DNA of 64,000 nucleotides from an uncultured Nitrososphaerota archaeon (GTDB taxonomy: Archaea; Thermoproteota; Nitrososphaeria; Nitrososphaerales; Gagatemarchaeaceae). How positions within the stretch are numbered: position 1 is the first letter of the stretch; each line of letters begins with the position of its first letter. Location of the stretch: NCBI GenBank assembly GCA_963718895.1, contig CAVRAG010000008.1:1152001-1216000 (forward strand), written 5' to 3'. Under the pieces are notes generated by a model. That model ran no database searches, was not told the DNA's origin, and saw only the letters and a program-made list of their open reading frames with translations. The position numbers and the translations under genes are program-made. This document shows positions 19,080 through 29,762 of the stretch, piece by piece.

Positions 19080-21506
19080 GTGTCCCGCACCATCGACTAT
19101 GAGGACATGATGTTCCACGCCCTCTTCATCGGGTCGACCGGCGCTGGAAAGACCAACGCCCTTCTCTACTGGCTACTAGGACTCTTCTCCGGCCGAAAAG
19201 ATGCGGCCCTGGTCCTTATCGACCCGCACGGGGATGCCGCGCTCGACCTCGTCCGCCACATTCCCGAGGCTGAGAGAGACAGGATTGCCATTCTCGACCC
19301 TAACTTCGTCTCGTTCGGGCTCAATCCTCTTTCGCTCCCCCAAGGGGTGGAAATCGGCGACAGGGTCCAGGTGCTCCAGACTCAGGTCGAGGAGCTATCG
19401 GCCCTCCTCTCAGACGTCTTCAACACCGACGCGTCGACCGCCCCACGCCTGATGTGGATCTTCAAGGGCGCGCTGTATTACCTCTACACCCTGGACGACA
19501 ACCCGACCTTCAAGGACCTCTACAGAATCCTGGTGGACTTCATCTCCCTGCCGAAGGAGATGATAGAGAGGATGCTCAGGACCAAGGACCTCAAGGACGA
19601 GATAATCCGGAGCACTATAGACGCCATCTCGAAGCTCCAGAAGGACGCCTTCGCGCCCGTCGTGAACAGGATCTCGAACTTCGTCCTCCCTCCGCAGTCG
19701 ATGACCTCGCGGACCTTCTGCGCCCGCACGAGCAAGCTCGACTTCGACGAGATGACGACGCCCGGGAGGCTCACGATCTTCAGGATAACGAAGTCGCTGC
19801 CCTATGACTTCCGGAGGCTCATCTCCGCTTCCATAGTGATGAGGTTCTACTTCGAGGTGGAGAAGCGGGCCGCGAAGCTAGAGAGGGCCGGAGAGACGCC
19901 GTCCGCGAGGACCCCGATCATCCTTGCGGTCGACGAGTTCCAGAACATAAGCGACCTGAAGCTGCTCGACACCATCCTCTCCGAGTCGAGGAAGTACGGT
20001 CTCTATCTCTGGATCGTGAACCAGAACATCAGGCAGATACGGGAAGAGCTCTACAGCGCGATATGCGGGAACGTCGGGCCGATATTCTGCTTCAGGGTGG
20101 GGCCGGACGACGCCTCGAAGATGTCCGAGCTCATCTCCCCGCGCTCGAGCGACGAGGTCAGGAAGGCGCTCATCTCCCTGCCAGACTACACCTGCGTCGT
20201 CAGGAAGAGGCCTCACGGCGAGGACGTCGCGAGCAAGCCGCTGCTTCTAGAGCCGTTCCCCAAAGTCAGGGAGCCCCTGTGCGAGATGAAGGAAGTCATC
20301 GACTACATGAAGAACGAGATGGAGGAGAGGTACGGCGGGGCGGAAGAGGCGACCGACCTCGTCTACAAGAGCTTCTACGACCAGATCACGGGGTCGAGGG
20401 GCGACGACACCCACGACAACTCGAGGGTCCCCTTCATGCCGGTCCACTGGAAGATACTCACGACGGGATACCTCAAGGTCCTCTCTGACGAGTACTCCAT
20501 CGAGTTCTCGCGCATCAGGTCTGAGCTGTACCACAAGTATTCCTGGCAGACGTCGACCGTCCAGCAGGCGCTCAACGACCTCGTGAACACCGGCTACCTC
20601 ACACAGACCTTCGCCCGCCAGGAGTACGTGATGAAGGGCAAGGATGTCTACGGGAACCCGATAATGGTCCCTCCCGACCCGTCGGTGAAGGACGACATGG
20701 AGCGGGCCAAGACGGTCGTGTACAGCCTGACCCCCAGAGCAATGGACTGGTTCAAGATGAAGGTGGGCCCCTCCAAGATGGGAGACCCGAAGCACGGGCG
20801 TGTAATAGAAAAGCTGCTGAAGGAGGACTACTGGCCTCTGGGGTACTACTGCGTGGTTGACTGGGGCGAGACGAGCCTGGAGAGGCCCGACATCGCCGTG
20901 CTAAAGCCCGCCCCCAAGACGGTCAAGGACAAGCTGGGCAACGACCAGAGGATATCGAACCCGTACGCGTGGGACTACACGACGGCGACAGCCGTGGAGA
21001 TCGAGATGTCGCCCCTGAAGAGCAAGGAGCAGGTGCTCAGGAACTACCGGAAGAACAAGGGGGTCTACGAGCAGATCAGGTTCGTGGTCACCTCGGAGAA
21101 CCACGCGCAGCAGCTCTTGCAAATCCTCGGCGAGGAGGGGACGGCGGACCCCGTCAAGTACAGGGTGGACCTGATCGAGTTCGAGAGCCTGAACACGATT
21201 GAACCAAGACCCCAAGAAGAGAGCAAAGAGCCAGAGGAGCCGGCGAGGACCAATCCTCAGCTGAATCCCGAAGATAGGATTCTCTCTTACATCAAGGAAC
21301 ACGGCTTCACGGGTCGAGAGGACATTGTGCAGAAGTGCAGAGAAGCGGGAATCGAGATTGGACCCAGGCAGGTCTCGAGGTATCTCAAGGTCTTGACCGA
21401 GAAAGGGCTACTGCGAAGGGAAGGCAAGCGGTACGTGCCACCAGATTCATCGATGAAACCGGAGCGTCAGGACACTCTGGGACCCGAAGAGGCTTCCAGC
21501 TCTTGA
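19080..21506 (+). CDS. VirD4/TraG-type coupling ATPase with C-terminal wHTH and PD-(D/E)xK-like domains
   Basis: GSTGAGKT, LIDPHGD, VDEFQN, ESRKYG and NQ motifs; later RPDIAV...AVEIEMS. Confidence 0.85.
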   Translation: MSRTIDYEDMMFHALFIGSTGAGKTNALLYWLLGLFSGRKDAALVLIDPHGDAALDLVRHIPEAERDRIAILDPNFVSFGLNPLSLPQGVEIGDRVQVLQTQVEELSALLSDVFNTDASTAPRLMWIFKGALYYLYTLDDNPTFKDLYRILVDFISLPKEMIERMLRTKDLKDEIIRSTIDAISKLQKDAFAPVVNRISNFVLPPQSMTSRTFCARTSKLDFDEMTTPGRLTIFRITKSLPYDFRRLISASIVMRFYFEVEKRAAKLERAGETPSARTPIILAVDEFQNISDLKLLDTILSESRKYGLYLWIVNQNIRQIREELYSAICGNVGPIFCFRVGPDDASKMSELISPRSSDEVRKALISLPDYTCVVRKRPHGEDVASKPLLLEPFPKVREPLCEMKEVIDYMKNEMEERYGGAEEATDLVYKSFYDQITGSRGDDTHDNSRVPFMPVHWKILTTGYLKVLSDEYSIEFSRIRSELYHKYSWQTSTVQQALNDLVNTGYLTQTFARQEYVMKGKDVYGNPIMVPPDPSVKDDMERAKTVVYSLTPRAMDWFKMKVGPSKMGDPKHGRVIEKLLKEDYWPLGYYCVVDWGETSLERPDIAVLKPAPKTVKDKLGNDQRISNPYAWDYTTATAVEIEMSPLKSKEQVLRNYRKNKGVYEQIRFVVTSENHAQQLLQILGEEGTADPVKYRVDLIEFESLNTIEPRPQEESKEPEEPARTNPQLNPEDRILSYIKEHGFTGREDIVQKCREAGIEIGPRQVSRYLKVLTEKGLLRREGKRYVPPDSSMKPERQDTLGPEEASSS

Positions 21507-22391
21507 ATGGGCTTTAATAGGAAAAGCACTTCAAGGAATCGGAGAATGTGGGGCAAGGTGAACGAGAAAGTGGAGACCCTCTGGCCCTACGGCGGCTTCA
21601 CAGTCGGGGCATCGGAGAGGAAACTGGGCGAGGGAAAGCTCACCCTTACAGAGCAGTCTCTGCTTTTTGAGGCAAAGACCGGCGAAACGATTGGGTTCGA
21701 CCTCCCCACTCTCAGACTCGTGAGGCTCAAGGACACCCACACCGTCGAACTCGCTTACTCGATTCAAGGCGAACTCCGAAATGCATCCCTACGAATCGTG
21801 TGCACCTTCACCGACGGGACCGAAAGGGAAGAGCTGCCTCCGGATGAAGACCCCTATCGGATGAGCCTCTTCCGAGCGATAACTGGAGGCGTGCTTGCAA
21901 GGTTCCTTGCGGATCATGCGAGCACGAGGGAGGAGGGTTTGACGAGGATGACGGATGAAAAGTTCGAAACTCGAATCAAAGACCTAGAGAGGAACATTGG
22001 CCTGTTCCCCGACAAGAAGCAGTATGAGGATAATGTATGGTGGGATGATGAACTGAAGAAACGTTCGTTAGAGGAAGCGGAGTCTGAATTGAAGGTCTGG
22101 GATGACCCTTACAGGGACAAGTTGTACTTCACCGGTACGAATCCGAGGATGACCGTCGACAATGCGTTCGAGAAGCTAGACATCTTGCAAGAGGATTGGG
22201 TGAATGGAAGAATCAGTCCGATTCAGCGAGCAAAGTGCGTCGCTATGGATTACGCTATCGAGATGCGGATGTCACAGATGGGCTATACTGACAATCGGGG
22301 AGGCTCAGCTGAATCTTGGAAAGCCAGCGCTGAGAAACTTGCTCGGTTTGAGAAGGCTCATCTCGGCGTAGACATCCTACACATCGCCTAG
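21507..22391 (+). CDS. Hypothetical protein with PH/GRAM-like N-terminus
   Basis: EGKLTLTEQSLLFE pattern; abuts the VirD4 stop. Confidence 0.65.
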   Translation: MGFNRKSTSRNRRMWGKVNEKVETLWPYGGFTVGASERKLGEGKLTLTEQSLLFEAKTGETIGFDLPTLRLVRLKDTHTVELAYSIQGELRNASLRIVCTFTDGTEREELPPDEDPYRMSLFRAITGGVLARFLADHASTREEGLTRMTDEKFETRIKDLERNIGLFPDKKQYEDNVWWDDELKKRSLEEAESELKVWDDPYRDKLYFTGTNPRMTVDNAFEKLDILQEDWVNGRISPIQRAKCVAMDYAIEMRMSQMGYTDNRGGSAESWKASAEKLARFEKAHLGVDILHIA

Positions 22392-24570
22392 CTCGGGCTT
22401 ATTCCTAGCTGTTGCTGCCTTCAATCCTTGTGCTTGGGCCCCTTCAATCGCGCTCTTCAGGTTGGCTGTTCGGCCGAGACCCTCCTGCGTCAGGTTTCCC
22501 AAGGCGTCCCGTTCTGATATCGTATTGAGCTGCACCTTGTAGGTCTCAGCGAATTCTGCCTGCGCGCGTGGATCTCTGGCCAAAGCCTGGTACTGGTTGA
22601 CATTGATTATGTGGTTCTGCCTCGCTTGGGAAAGAAACTGGGCGGGGGCGACCTGGCTTTGCTGCGTGTACCAACGGTTCAAAGCCGGAGCCTGCGAGGT
22701 CAGGAAGTCTGGGGCAGGGCTCGATGTCGTGGCTGCGTTGAAGATAAGTGTCCCTATGGCCTGATTCCCATCCTGCAGTGCTGTGGAGGTTTCGAACTCC
22801 TGTGCAGCCTGCTGCCTGACCGCATTGATCTGCCCTATTCCGCGAGACACAGAGGCGGAGCTGCTCAGGGGAGCTACAGTCGATATCGACTTGGCCGCGC
22901 TGTACGCGCCCATTCCTGCTAGGACTCCCGTGGCTCCGACCACGGCCATGTTCTTCAGCGAATGGGGGGCCGCATAGAGGAGCCTCTCGCCGAGTCCCAT
23001 GCTCTGCATGGTGCTGGCTGCTTCCTGACCTATCGTCTGAGGCGCCGCGCCCAGAGCGCCCGATGCTCCCTTGCCAAGGCTGCCTAGGGCTCCCATCCCA
23101 CCCGCTCCTCCCGCCCCGCCAATGCCTCCTGCTGCGGCTCCCGCAACAGGTGCTGCTGCAGCTCCGGCCATCGAGGCTGCCACCCCTACCCCGACCATCG
23201 CCGCCTGCGAAGCAGTCTGGAAGAGCGTGCCAGTCAGAGGAGCGAAGACGGTCGGAATCAATACGGCAGTGAAGAGGGCCGCAGCGGCCACCCAGTTCGA
23301 TATCCCGTTTATTCCGGTGCTGGCGAAGATGGTCGCGCTCCAGACAGGACCGCTTGGAGCGTCGGCAAGGACGTAGGCCGCCACCCCGATGGCTATCGAG
23401 CTCATGAGCGACGCGAGCATCAGCCCATAGAGTGTGTCCTCGACCATCGAGCTCAGCTTCCTAGCGAATGGAACTTGTTTGAGAGCCAAGGAGATTGGGA
23501 ACCCTATCACCATGACCGTAATCAGCCAGATCCGGATTACCCCAAGGAAAATGGTCATCAGGTAGACGATGAGGGCGACGAGCCAGCCGGCCACGCTCGT
23601 TATCGGGGAGACGAGGATGCCCCAGATGCCCCCTCCCTGCGCCCACGAGAGCAGCTTGCCCCAGACGAGGCTGACCTGCAGGCTATAGTCGGTGTACGGA
23701 AGGTTTGGGCCGGCAATTATCGTCATGTCGAGGTAGTTTGTGAGGAGGGCGATGTTGTTGTAGATCACCGGGAAGAGGACGATGAAGAGCACCGCGAGGA
23801 CGAAATCGAGCACGACGTTCTTCCTCTCGTCCCCGGTGTACTGCTTGTTGGCGAGGGCGATGAGGAGCCCTCCTCCGGCCAGGATTATCGCAATGATGAA
23901 GACGAAGTCGTAGAAGCCTTGCAACGGAAGCCCACAGGGCGAGGTCGTGGGAGCACAGTGGACGGTCGTGCCCAGGGTGGTCTCGTTGAAGAGGGGCATC
24001 TCCATCACCAGCTGGAACATCTGGGTGGACCCGCTCGTCACGGAGACGGTCACGCGTGGAGTTCGCGAGAAGGCAAGCGCCGGTGAAGCACCCTGACTGC
24101 GAGGAAGCGGCGACCCAGTATGTGTAGCCGTCGATGAACGGCTTGCAGAAGCCGGAGTCCACCTGCGGGTTGTTCACGACTCCTGCCTGGCTCTGGCCGG
24201 GGAAGCCTATCGGGCTTGGGCTGAAATCAGACTGGGGGAGGGCCAGCGTCTGGGTTTCCGGCTTGTCGGTCGCTTGGTCGTGGCCGTAGATCGTGACGAA
24301 ACCCTCGAAATAGACATTGCCGGAGTAGGTGCCCGAGGCCGAGACCCCGCCGCTGGCCTGATAGGAGCCGTGGGATGGGAACAGTGGAAGACCGCAACCG
24401 AAGGGCGAGTTGGCGTTCACGTTGATGTCAGGCGAGAGGTTGAGGCTTCCAGGTCCTGCGGCCATGACAAAGGGGACCGCGAATGAAGCGAGGAGGATGA
24501 TGAAGACCGCGAAGCGCGCGCTCTTCCTGTAGTAGCCCGCGACGAGCCTGATGGTCTTCCTGACTGGCAT
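22377..24570 (-). CDS. VirB6/TrbL-like polytopic membrane protein (frameshift near 24060)
   Basis: Signal peptide in ORF 23683-24570 continues into ORF 22377-24053 with multiple TMs and a Gly/Ala-rich tail. Confidence 0.65.
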
Positions 24571-24636
24571 CTCTCAAGGACCAGCTTAGCGAATAAAAGA
24601 GGGGGAGAGGGAACTGCGCGGCTCCCTCTATCGGCC

Positions 24637-24978
24637 TCAGTCTTCTCTTGTCACGAGCAGGCTTCCGACCAGCCTTATCGCCTCGATCACGGTCACTATC
24701 GCGACGATGAAGAGGAGAGCCGTGTTGAGCAGGGTCAGCAGCACCGTCGGGAGGGTCGGGCCGCCGGGTAGCCAGATTGCGCTGACGCCGTTGGCCGTAC
24801 ACGCCGCCGCGGCGCACGCCGAGATTCCGTACCCGACGACCGGAAGGGATGTCGCCCCCGCTGCGCTCGCCAGGATGTACAGGAAGAACTGTACGATCAG
24901 CGGGACCGAAAGTGCCACTAGAAGGATGATGATCCGTTCGCGGGTCTGTCCGAGGGTTGATGCGTTACGAGAACTCAT
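24637..24978 (-). CDS. Small two-TM protein, pilin (VirB2-like) candidate
   Basis: 113 aa, two TM, directly upstream of the VirB6-like gene. Confidence 0.5.
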   Translation of the reverse strand: MSSRNASTLGQTRERIIILLVALSVPLIVQFFLYILASAAGATSLPVVGYGISACAAAACTANGVSAIWLPGGPTLPTVLLTLLNTALLFIVAIVTVIEAIRLVGSLLVTRED

Positions 24979-25030
24979 GCAACCTTGGTTGAACTCAGGT
25001 TAAAACGGGCCTGAGAATCGGATTTCTCTA

Positions 25031-25579
25031 CTACTGAGATGGATTTGGCAAGCTCGTCCCGTTCGTTATTGGCTGACCGTTGTAGTATGCCTGGCTGTAG
25101 TTGCTGTTGAACGTGACGCCCGGCTTTAGCACGAGCAGGTGAGTTTGGAGGCTGACGTAGAACACATCAGAGTACCCGTTCGCAACCATTGGGCGCAGGT
25201 TGGGGTCAGCCGTCACGTTGAGCCACGCTGCGTTCTGCTCTATCGTCGCTACTTGACCCAACCCTATGCCGGATGGCGCAAACGGGCCGGGTGGAAGCTT
25301 TCCACCGAGCTGGCAGGACAACTGCGTGCCTCCGCCCAGTATCGCGCCGTTTGTGGTGTTGTATGTGATCAGGTAGGTGTATCCCGGAATCGGCGCATCC
25401 TTGAAGAGGTCTGTCGGCACCGGCTGATTGATGTTTGAGGAGCTGCATGTGACGGTGCTCTGTGTCGTTCCCGCCGACGGGAAATAGTAACTCGAGACCG
25501 CCGCAAGAATCGCTATGCCGAATATCACCACGGCGGCTCCCGCGCCGATTTCCTTTCGGTATCCTTTGAGGGCGCTCAA
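25031..25579 (-). CDS. Membrane-anchored secreted protein
   Basis: N-terminal TM; divergent from a wHTH regulator. Confidence 0.7.
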   Translation of the reverse strand: MSALKGYRKEIGAGAAVVIFGIAILAAVSSYYFPSAGTTQSTVTCSSSNINQPVPTDLFKDAPIPGYTYLITYNTTNGAILGGGTQLSCQLGGKLPPGPFAPSGIGLGQVATIEQNAAWLNVTADPNLRPMVANGYSDVFYVSLQTHLLVLKPGVTFNSNYSQAYYNGQPITNGTSLPNPSQ

Positions 25580-25695
25580 TTCAATCGCTGCTTGAGAATA
25601 GCATGAGGTGGAGGTATAATACTACGGTTTTGGCCCCGCATACGAACCAATTACAACTTTTAGATTGATAAGCATCTGGCGCCCGGAGAAGGTAG

Positions 25696-26121
25696 ATGTC
25701 CAAGGAGGGTCCTGACAGCGATGATGACGTTCTCAAGGGGACTACCCTCCGCGTCTACAGGTTCATCTTCAAGGAAGGCAAGCCCGTCCGAATATACGAG
25801 ATTCAAAGGGCTCTGAAGATGAGCTCTCCCTCGCTCGCTCAATATCACGTCTCGAAGCTGCTGCGGGCAGGATTGATCAAAGAGTCCGAGAATGGCTACA
25901 CGGTAGACAGAGTGCTCTTCGGCAATCTGGTGCGGGTCAGGCGCATGGTTGTGCCTTTTCAGATCACGTACACAATCCTGTTCGCCTCCGCCCTCGTGGT
26001 CATGCTCACAATCCTCCGTCCACCGACGCTCACCTCCCTCTACGTGTTTGCGCTTGTCGTGGTCTGGATCGCTCTCGCAGCTTCACTCTACGAGAGCCTG
26101 AAGGCAATCAGGGGACTGTGA
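25696..26121 (+). CDS. wHTH regulator with two C-terminal TM helices
   Basis: Paralog of 10770-11195. Confidence 0.8.
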   Translation: MSKEGPDSDDDVLKGTTLRVYRFIFKEGKPVRIYEIQRALKMSSPSLAQYHVSKLLRAGLIKESENGYTVDRVLFGNLVRVRRMVVPFQITYTILFASALVVMLTILRPPTLTSLYVFALVVVWIALAASLYESLKAIRGL

Positions 26122-26167
26122 CCCGAAGCCGATCCAGATGTTTTAAGGTCGCCATGCCTCGACACGT

Positions 26168-26836
26168 GTGTCAGAGTCTATCTGGTGGGCTGACCTTTCG
26201 TGGTGGGAAAGAAAATCGCTTCCCCTTGGGTTCATCACACTCTCCCTTCGACAGTTAGGGACGATGCTATTCTCATTCGCGGCTGCGTTCGTAATCTCTC
26301 TACCCTTCGAGTTTCCGATAGCGGGAGCAACTTTCGGGGGAAGAGCGGCGATCTTCTGCCTCGTCTTCGGGATAGGCTACATGATCTCGAGCAGGCGGGT
26401 GAAGCTGCTTCCAATCGAACTTCAGGCATTCTATTTTCTCCGGACGGAAGGGCTAACCAAGGCGAAATTAGCCCTGTTAGGGTCTAAGAGGCACGAGATT
26501 GACCCTCCTGGTGACGCGGGGCTGCAATCCGGGTTGCAGGTAGTCTCCGTGGAGGATTTCAAGAATCCTGTACCCCTTACAGTCTCGGACGCGGTGAAGA
26601 ACATTCAGAAGGAGACGAGGGTGCTGCTCTTCCTAGACGAGCAAGCAAGGGGAGAAGACGTCGTTTCGCCGCAGAAGCCGAGATACAGACTGTCCTACGT
26701 CCCACTTCAGGCTGATGTGGGCAAGCATCTGCTCACGGTCAGGCTGGACGGCTCGGTCGAGCCGCTGGTTTCGTTCGAGCTTCTCGTGCAAGGAAGGACG
26801 ATGGATGTCGTCGAGTCGATTACGAGGGTAAAGTGA
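26168..26836 (+). CDS. PrgI/VirB3-like membrane protein
   Basis: LSLRQL followed by two TM; GTGA overlap with VirB4. Confidence 0.6.
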   Translation: MSESIWWADLSWWERKSLPLGFITLSLRQLGTMLFSFAAAFVISLPFEFPIAGATFGGRAAIFCLVFGIGYMISSRRVKLLPIELQAFYFLRTEGLTKAKLALLGSKRHEIDPPGDAGLQSGLQVVSVEDFKNPVPLTVSDAVKNIQKETRVLLFLDEQARGEDVVSPQKPRYRLSYVPLQADVGKHLLTVRLDGSVEPLVSFELLVQGRTMDVVESITRVK

Positions 26837-28782
26837 AGATGTTGTTCAAGAAGAAGCCGTCAGCAGGGCTGCGCCCATCCGTCCTCTACGAGCTAAGGTC
26901 TGTCAACCTGGCAAACCTGCCGGAGAAGGAGCAGGGGTCTGTGCTCGACAGGTTCGCATCCTTCCTCGACTCTTTAACCGAGCCGATCACGTTCCACATA
27001 TTCCAGGACGAGAGGGAGGTGGAGGCCATCGGAGCGCTCTACGAGATTCCCTTCAAGCGCTTCTTCCTTGAGACGCACTCCCAGCAGGATTCGCTGGTCC
27101 AGAAGCTCGGGACGAGGATGGTGCGCGTCCACGCCCTTCCCCTGGTCAAACCGGTAAGAGCGAACTCGAGGTACATCATCGACTCCGAAGGCCATTATGT
27201 CCAGACCTACTGTATCAGTCGGCTCGGGGGAACCCTCGTACCGGGCTACTTGGCGGAACTCTACCAGATAGCCTACTGTCTCATGCTGGACATTGAGCCG
27301 ATTGACATCTACGAGGCGAAAAAGATGGTGAGGTCCTACGCCCGTTCAGTCGGTTCAAGGCTTCTCCTGAGGCAGACCGAGGGAAGGTCTCTCGACCCGG
27401 AGGAGCAGGTGGAGTTCCAGAGAGCGTCAGGTGCGGCCCAACTAATCGGGGCCGGCAAGGAGAGGCTGTTCAGGACCCGCATCCGAATCGTCCTGCGCGT
27501 GAACGGGTACAAGGAGCTCGTGGAGGCGAGGAAGAAGCTGAGGCAGCTCGTCGGGGGGATGGTGGGGCAGGTGGACTCTCCGGCGCACCTGCAGGAAGCC
27601 CTCCTCTCCGGAGTAGGCCCTAAGTATGCCACCGGAAGGTGGTTCTTCATTACGACTTCGGGAGCGCTGAGTCTCTTCCCGTTCTGCGGGCTGGACGTGG
27701 TCGACCCCTCCGGAGTCTTTCTGGGCCAGAACCTCCAGACCGGGAACGCCATCCTCTACGATGTGTTCGAGAAGGAGAATTACAACGTCGCCCTGATGGG
27801 ACAGAGCGGGTTCGGAAAGAGCACCTTCGTGAAGACCTACCTCGGCAGGATGCTGAACCAGGACAAGGACATGATGGTCTTCCTCTTCGACAGCATAGTG
27901 AGGCCGGAGTATGCCCTCGGCCCTGATGGCAGGTACGAGACGTCGTTCGCGGGCATGACGGGTTGCAAGGTCCAGCGCTTCGGCGGCGAGAAGGGGGCCG
28001 GTCTGGACCCATTCGCCGTATTTCCCACCAGGCGTGTCGCGGCAAACTTCCTTGCGAGCGTGGCGAAGGTCGAAAACGACCAGAATCTGCTCGCCGACCT
28101 CTACCTGACCGCAGAGAAGGCCTCCAACGTGAACGAGCTCATCGAACTGGCGACGGGCGACCTGAAGAAGCGCCTGCTGGCGAACCTCCCTCCATATCGG
28201 TTCCTCTTCGAGGGCGAGATGGAGATCTATCCGCGGATGGTCTTCGTCCTCTACGACCTCCCTCCAGGGGAGCAGAGGGACGCGGCAGCCTTCCTGGCGC
28301 TCTCGGCCATCTGGAAGAAGATCCAGGACACCGACACGATCCCGATCTCGAGGAGGAAGGCGATAGTGGTGGACGAGGGATGGTCGCTCGTCGAGATCAA
28401 CCCGAGGACGGGCAGACCGTATTTCCCTCTGGCGGTCGAATACGTGCCCGAGATCGCGAGGACGGGAAGGCACTACAACACCGCCTTCGTTGTCGCTACC
28501 CAGCTCGTATCCGACTTCATGGGGAGGGGAGGAGTCTATGGTCCGGGGAGGATAATCATCGAGAGCTGCTCCACGAAGATCGTGCTGAAGCAGGACCAGG
28601 CCGCGTCTCAGGTCCTCAAGGAGGCGTTCAACCTCAGCGACGGCGAGGAGAAGTTCATCGTCAACGCAAAGATCGGTCAGGGAATCTTGGTAACGCAGGA
28701 AGGCCGCATACCTTTCTATAACTTCCTCAGCGACGAGGAGAGGAGGCTCTTCACGACAAAACCGAAGGAAGTTACTGCTTGA
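26833..28782 (+). CDS. virB4: VirB4-type conjugative ATPase
   Basis: GQSGFGKS, IVVDEGW, RTGRHY, ATQ, KQD and GQGIL motifs. Confidence 0.85.
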   Translation: MKMLFKKKPSAGLRPSVLYELRSVNLANLPEKEQGSVLDRFASFLDSLTEPITFHIFQDEREVEAIGALYEIPFKRFFLETHSQQDSLVQKLGTRMVRVHALPLVKPVRANSRYIIDSEGHYVQTYCISRLGGTLVPGYLAELYQIAYCLMLDIEPIDIYEAKKMVRSYARSVGSRLLLRQTEGRSLDPEEQVEFQRASGAAQLIGAGKERLFRTRIRIVLRVNGYKELVEARKKLRQLVGGMVGQVDSPAHLQEALLSGVGPKYATGRWFFITTSGALSLFPFCGLDVVDPSGVFLGQNLQTGNAILYDVFEKENYNVALMGQSGFGKSTFVKTYLGRMLNQDKDMMVFLFDSIVRPEYALGPDGRYETSFAGMTGCKVQRFGGEKGAGLDPFAVFPTRRVAANFLASVAKVENDQNLLADLYLTAEKASNVNELIELATGDLKKRLLANLPPYRFLFEGEMEIYPRMVFVLYDLPPGEQRDAAAFLALSAIWKKIQDTDTIPISRRKAIVVDEGWSLVEINPRTGRPYFPLAVEYVPEIARTGRHYNTAFVVATQLVSDFMGRGGVYGPGRIIIESCSTKIVLKQDQAASQVLKEAFNLSDGEEKFIVNAKIGQGILVTQEGRIPFYNFLSDEERRLFTTKPKEVTA

Positions 28783-28816
28783 ACCCTACAAAGCTAGGCG
28801 GCGCATCGACGCGACC

Positions 28817-29690
28817 TTACGCGCTCTCGGCTAGTTCGCCAGCACAGATGCGCTCGCCGTCGCGTTGGTGCCGTCCGTGAACGTGACCGTGAACGTAATC
28901 AGGTACGTGCTCCCCGCCGTGATCGGACCGCAGGGCGCCCCCTGGAAGAAATACGCGAAGTTGTTCAGCGTGGTCGATGTCCCGAACGGTCGTGTTCCGC
29001 AGTCGGTGCCGTTCGTGTAGAGGGTGTAGCTGGGTGGTGTGTCGAGTAAGTGAGGTTAGAGTAAGGGTGATGGACCATGTGACGCCGGATGCTGCGCTGA
29101 CATAGATGTCCCCCGAGAGGTACGGGGTCGGTTGCACGACGCCCGTCGTCGCTATGGAGAAGCCCGAGAGCGAGATGGTGTTCGTCCCTCTCGACGGAGG
29201 AGACGACACCAGGAAGTAGACCGCTCCCGTTGATGGATAGATGAGCAGCCCGGCCTGGGGGTCGACGTGGTTCGAGAGCCTGACGACCGTGGGCGGATTC
29301 ACACCGACCGTGCAGGTGGTCATGGTCTCAGACGAGCCGCCCGGGAACGTGATGACGTAGCCGCCGTACCCTCCTGCCCCATAGCACGACCCGCCGGTGT
29401 AGGTCACCGTGGTGTTGGTCCAGAGCGCGAACTTGACGCCGGAGATGGCGAAACTGTTGGGGGTCGAGCTGTTCCATTGGGTGTACGTGAAGGTCGTCCC
29501 TCCGACGACGATGGTCGGAAGGGACTGCGGCGCCATCGACGTGAGGGTCATGGTCGTCGTAGTTGTGTAGACGGAGGTCGCGGTCATCGTCTTCGCTTCT
29601 CCCTGAAGTGCCACGAACAGGCTCGCCGATATCAGCACCCCCGCTATGACTATCGCCGCGGCGATGACAAGGTAACTGCGTGATGGTCGC
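28817..29690 (-). CDS. Secreted Thr-rich protein (cassette gene; probable frameshift near 29050)
   Basis: Leader RSYLVIAAAIVIAGVLISASLF shared with PstS; motif at 29735-29757; start codon unclear. Confidence 0.65.
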
Positions 29691-29762
29691 TCGCTGCAGA
29701 GTGAAGACCTCTGCTTGAGGAGAAGCCTGAATTCTGTTTAATAGTTTTGTCCGAACGAACCG

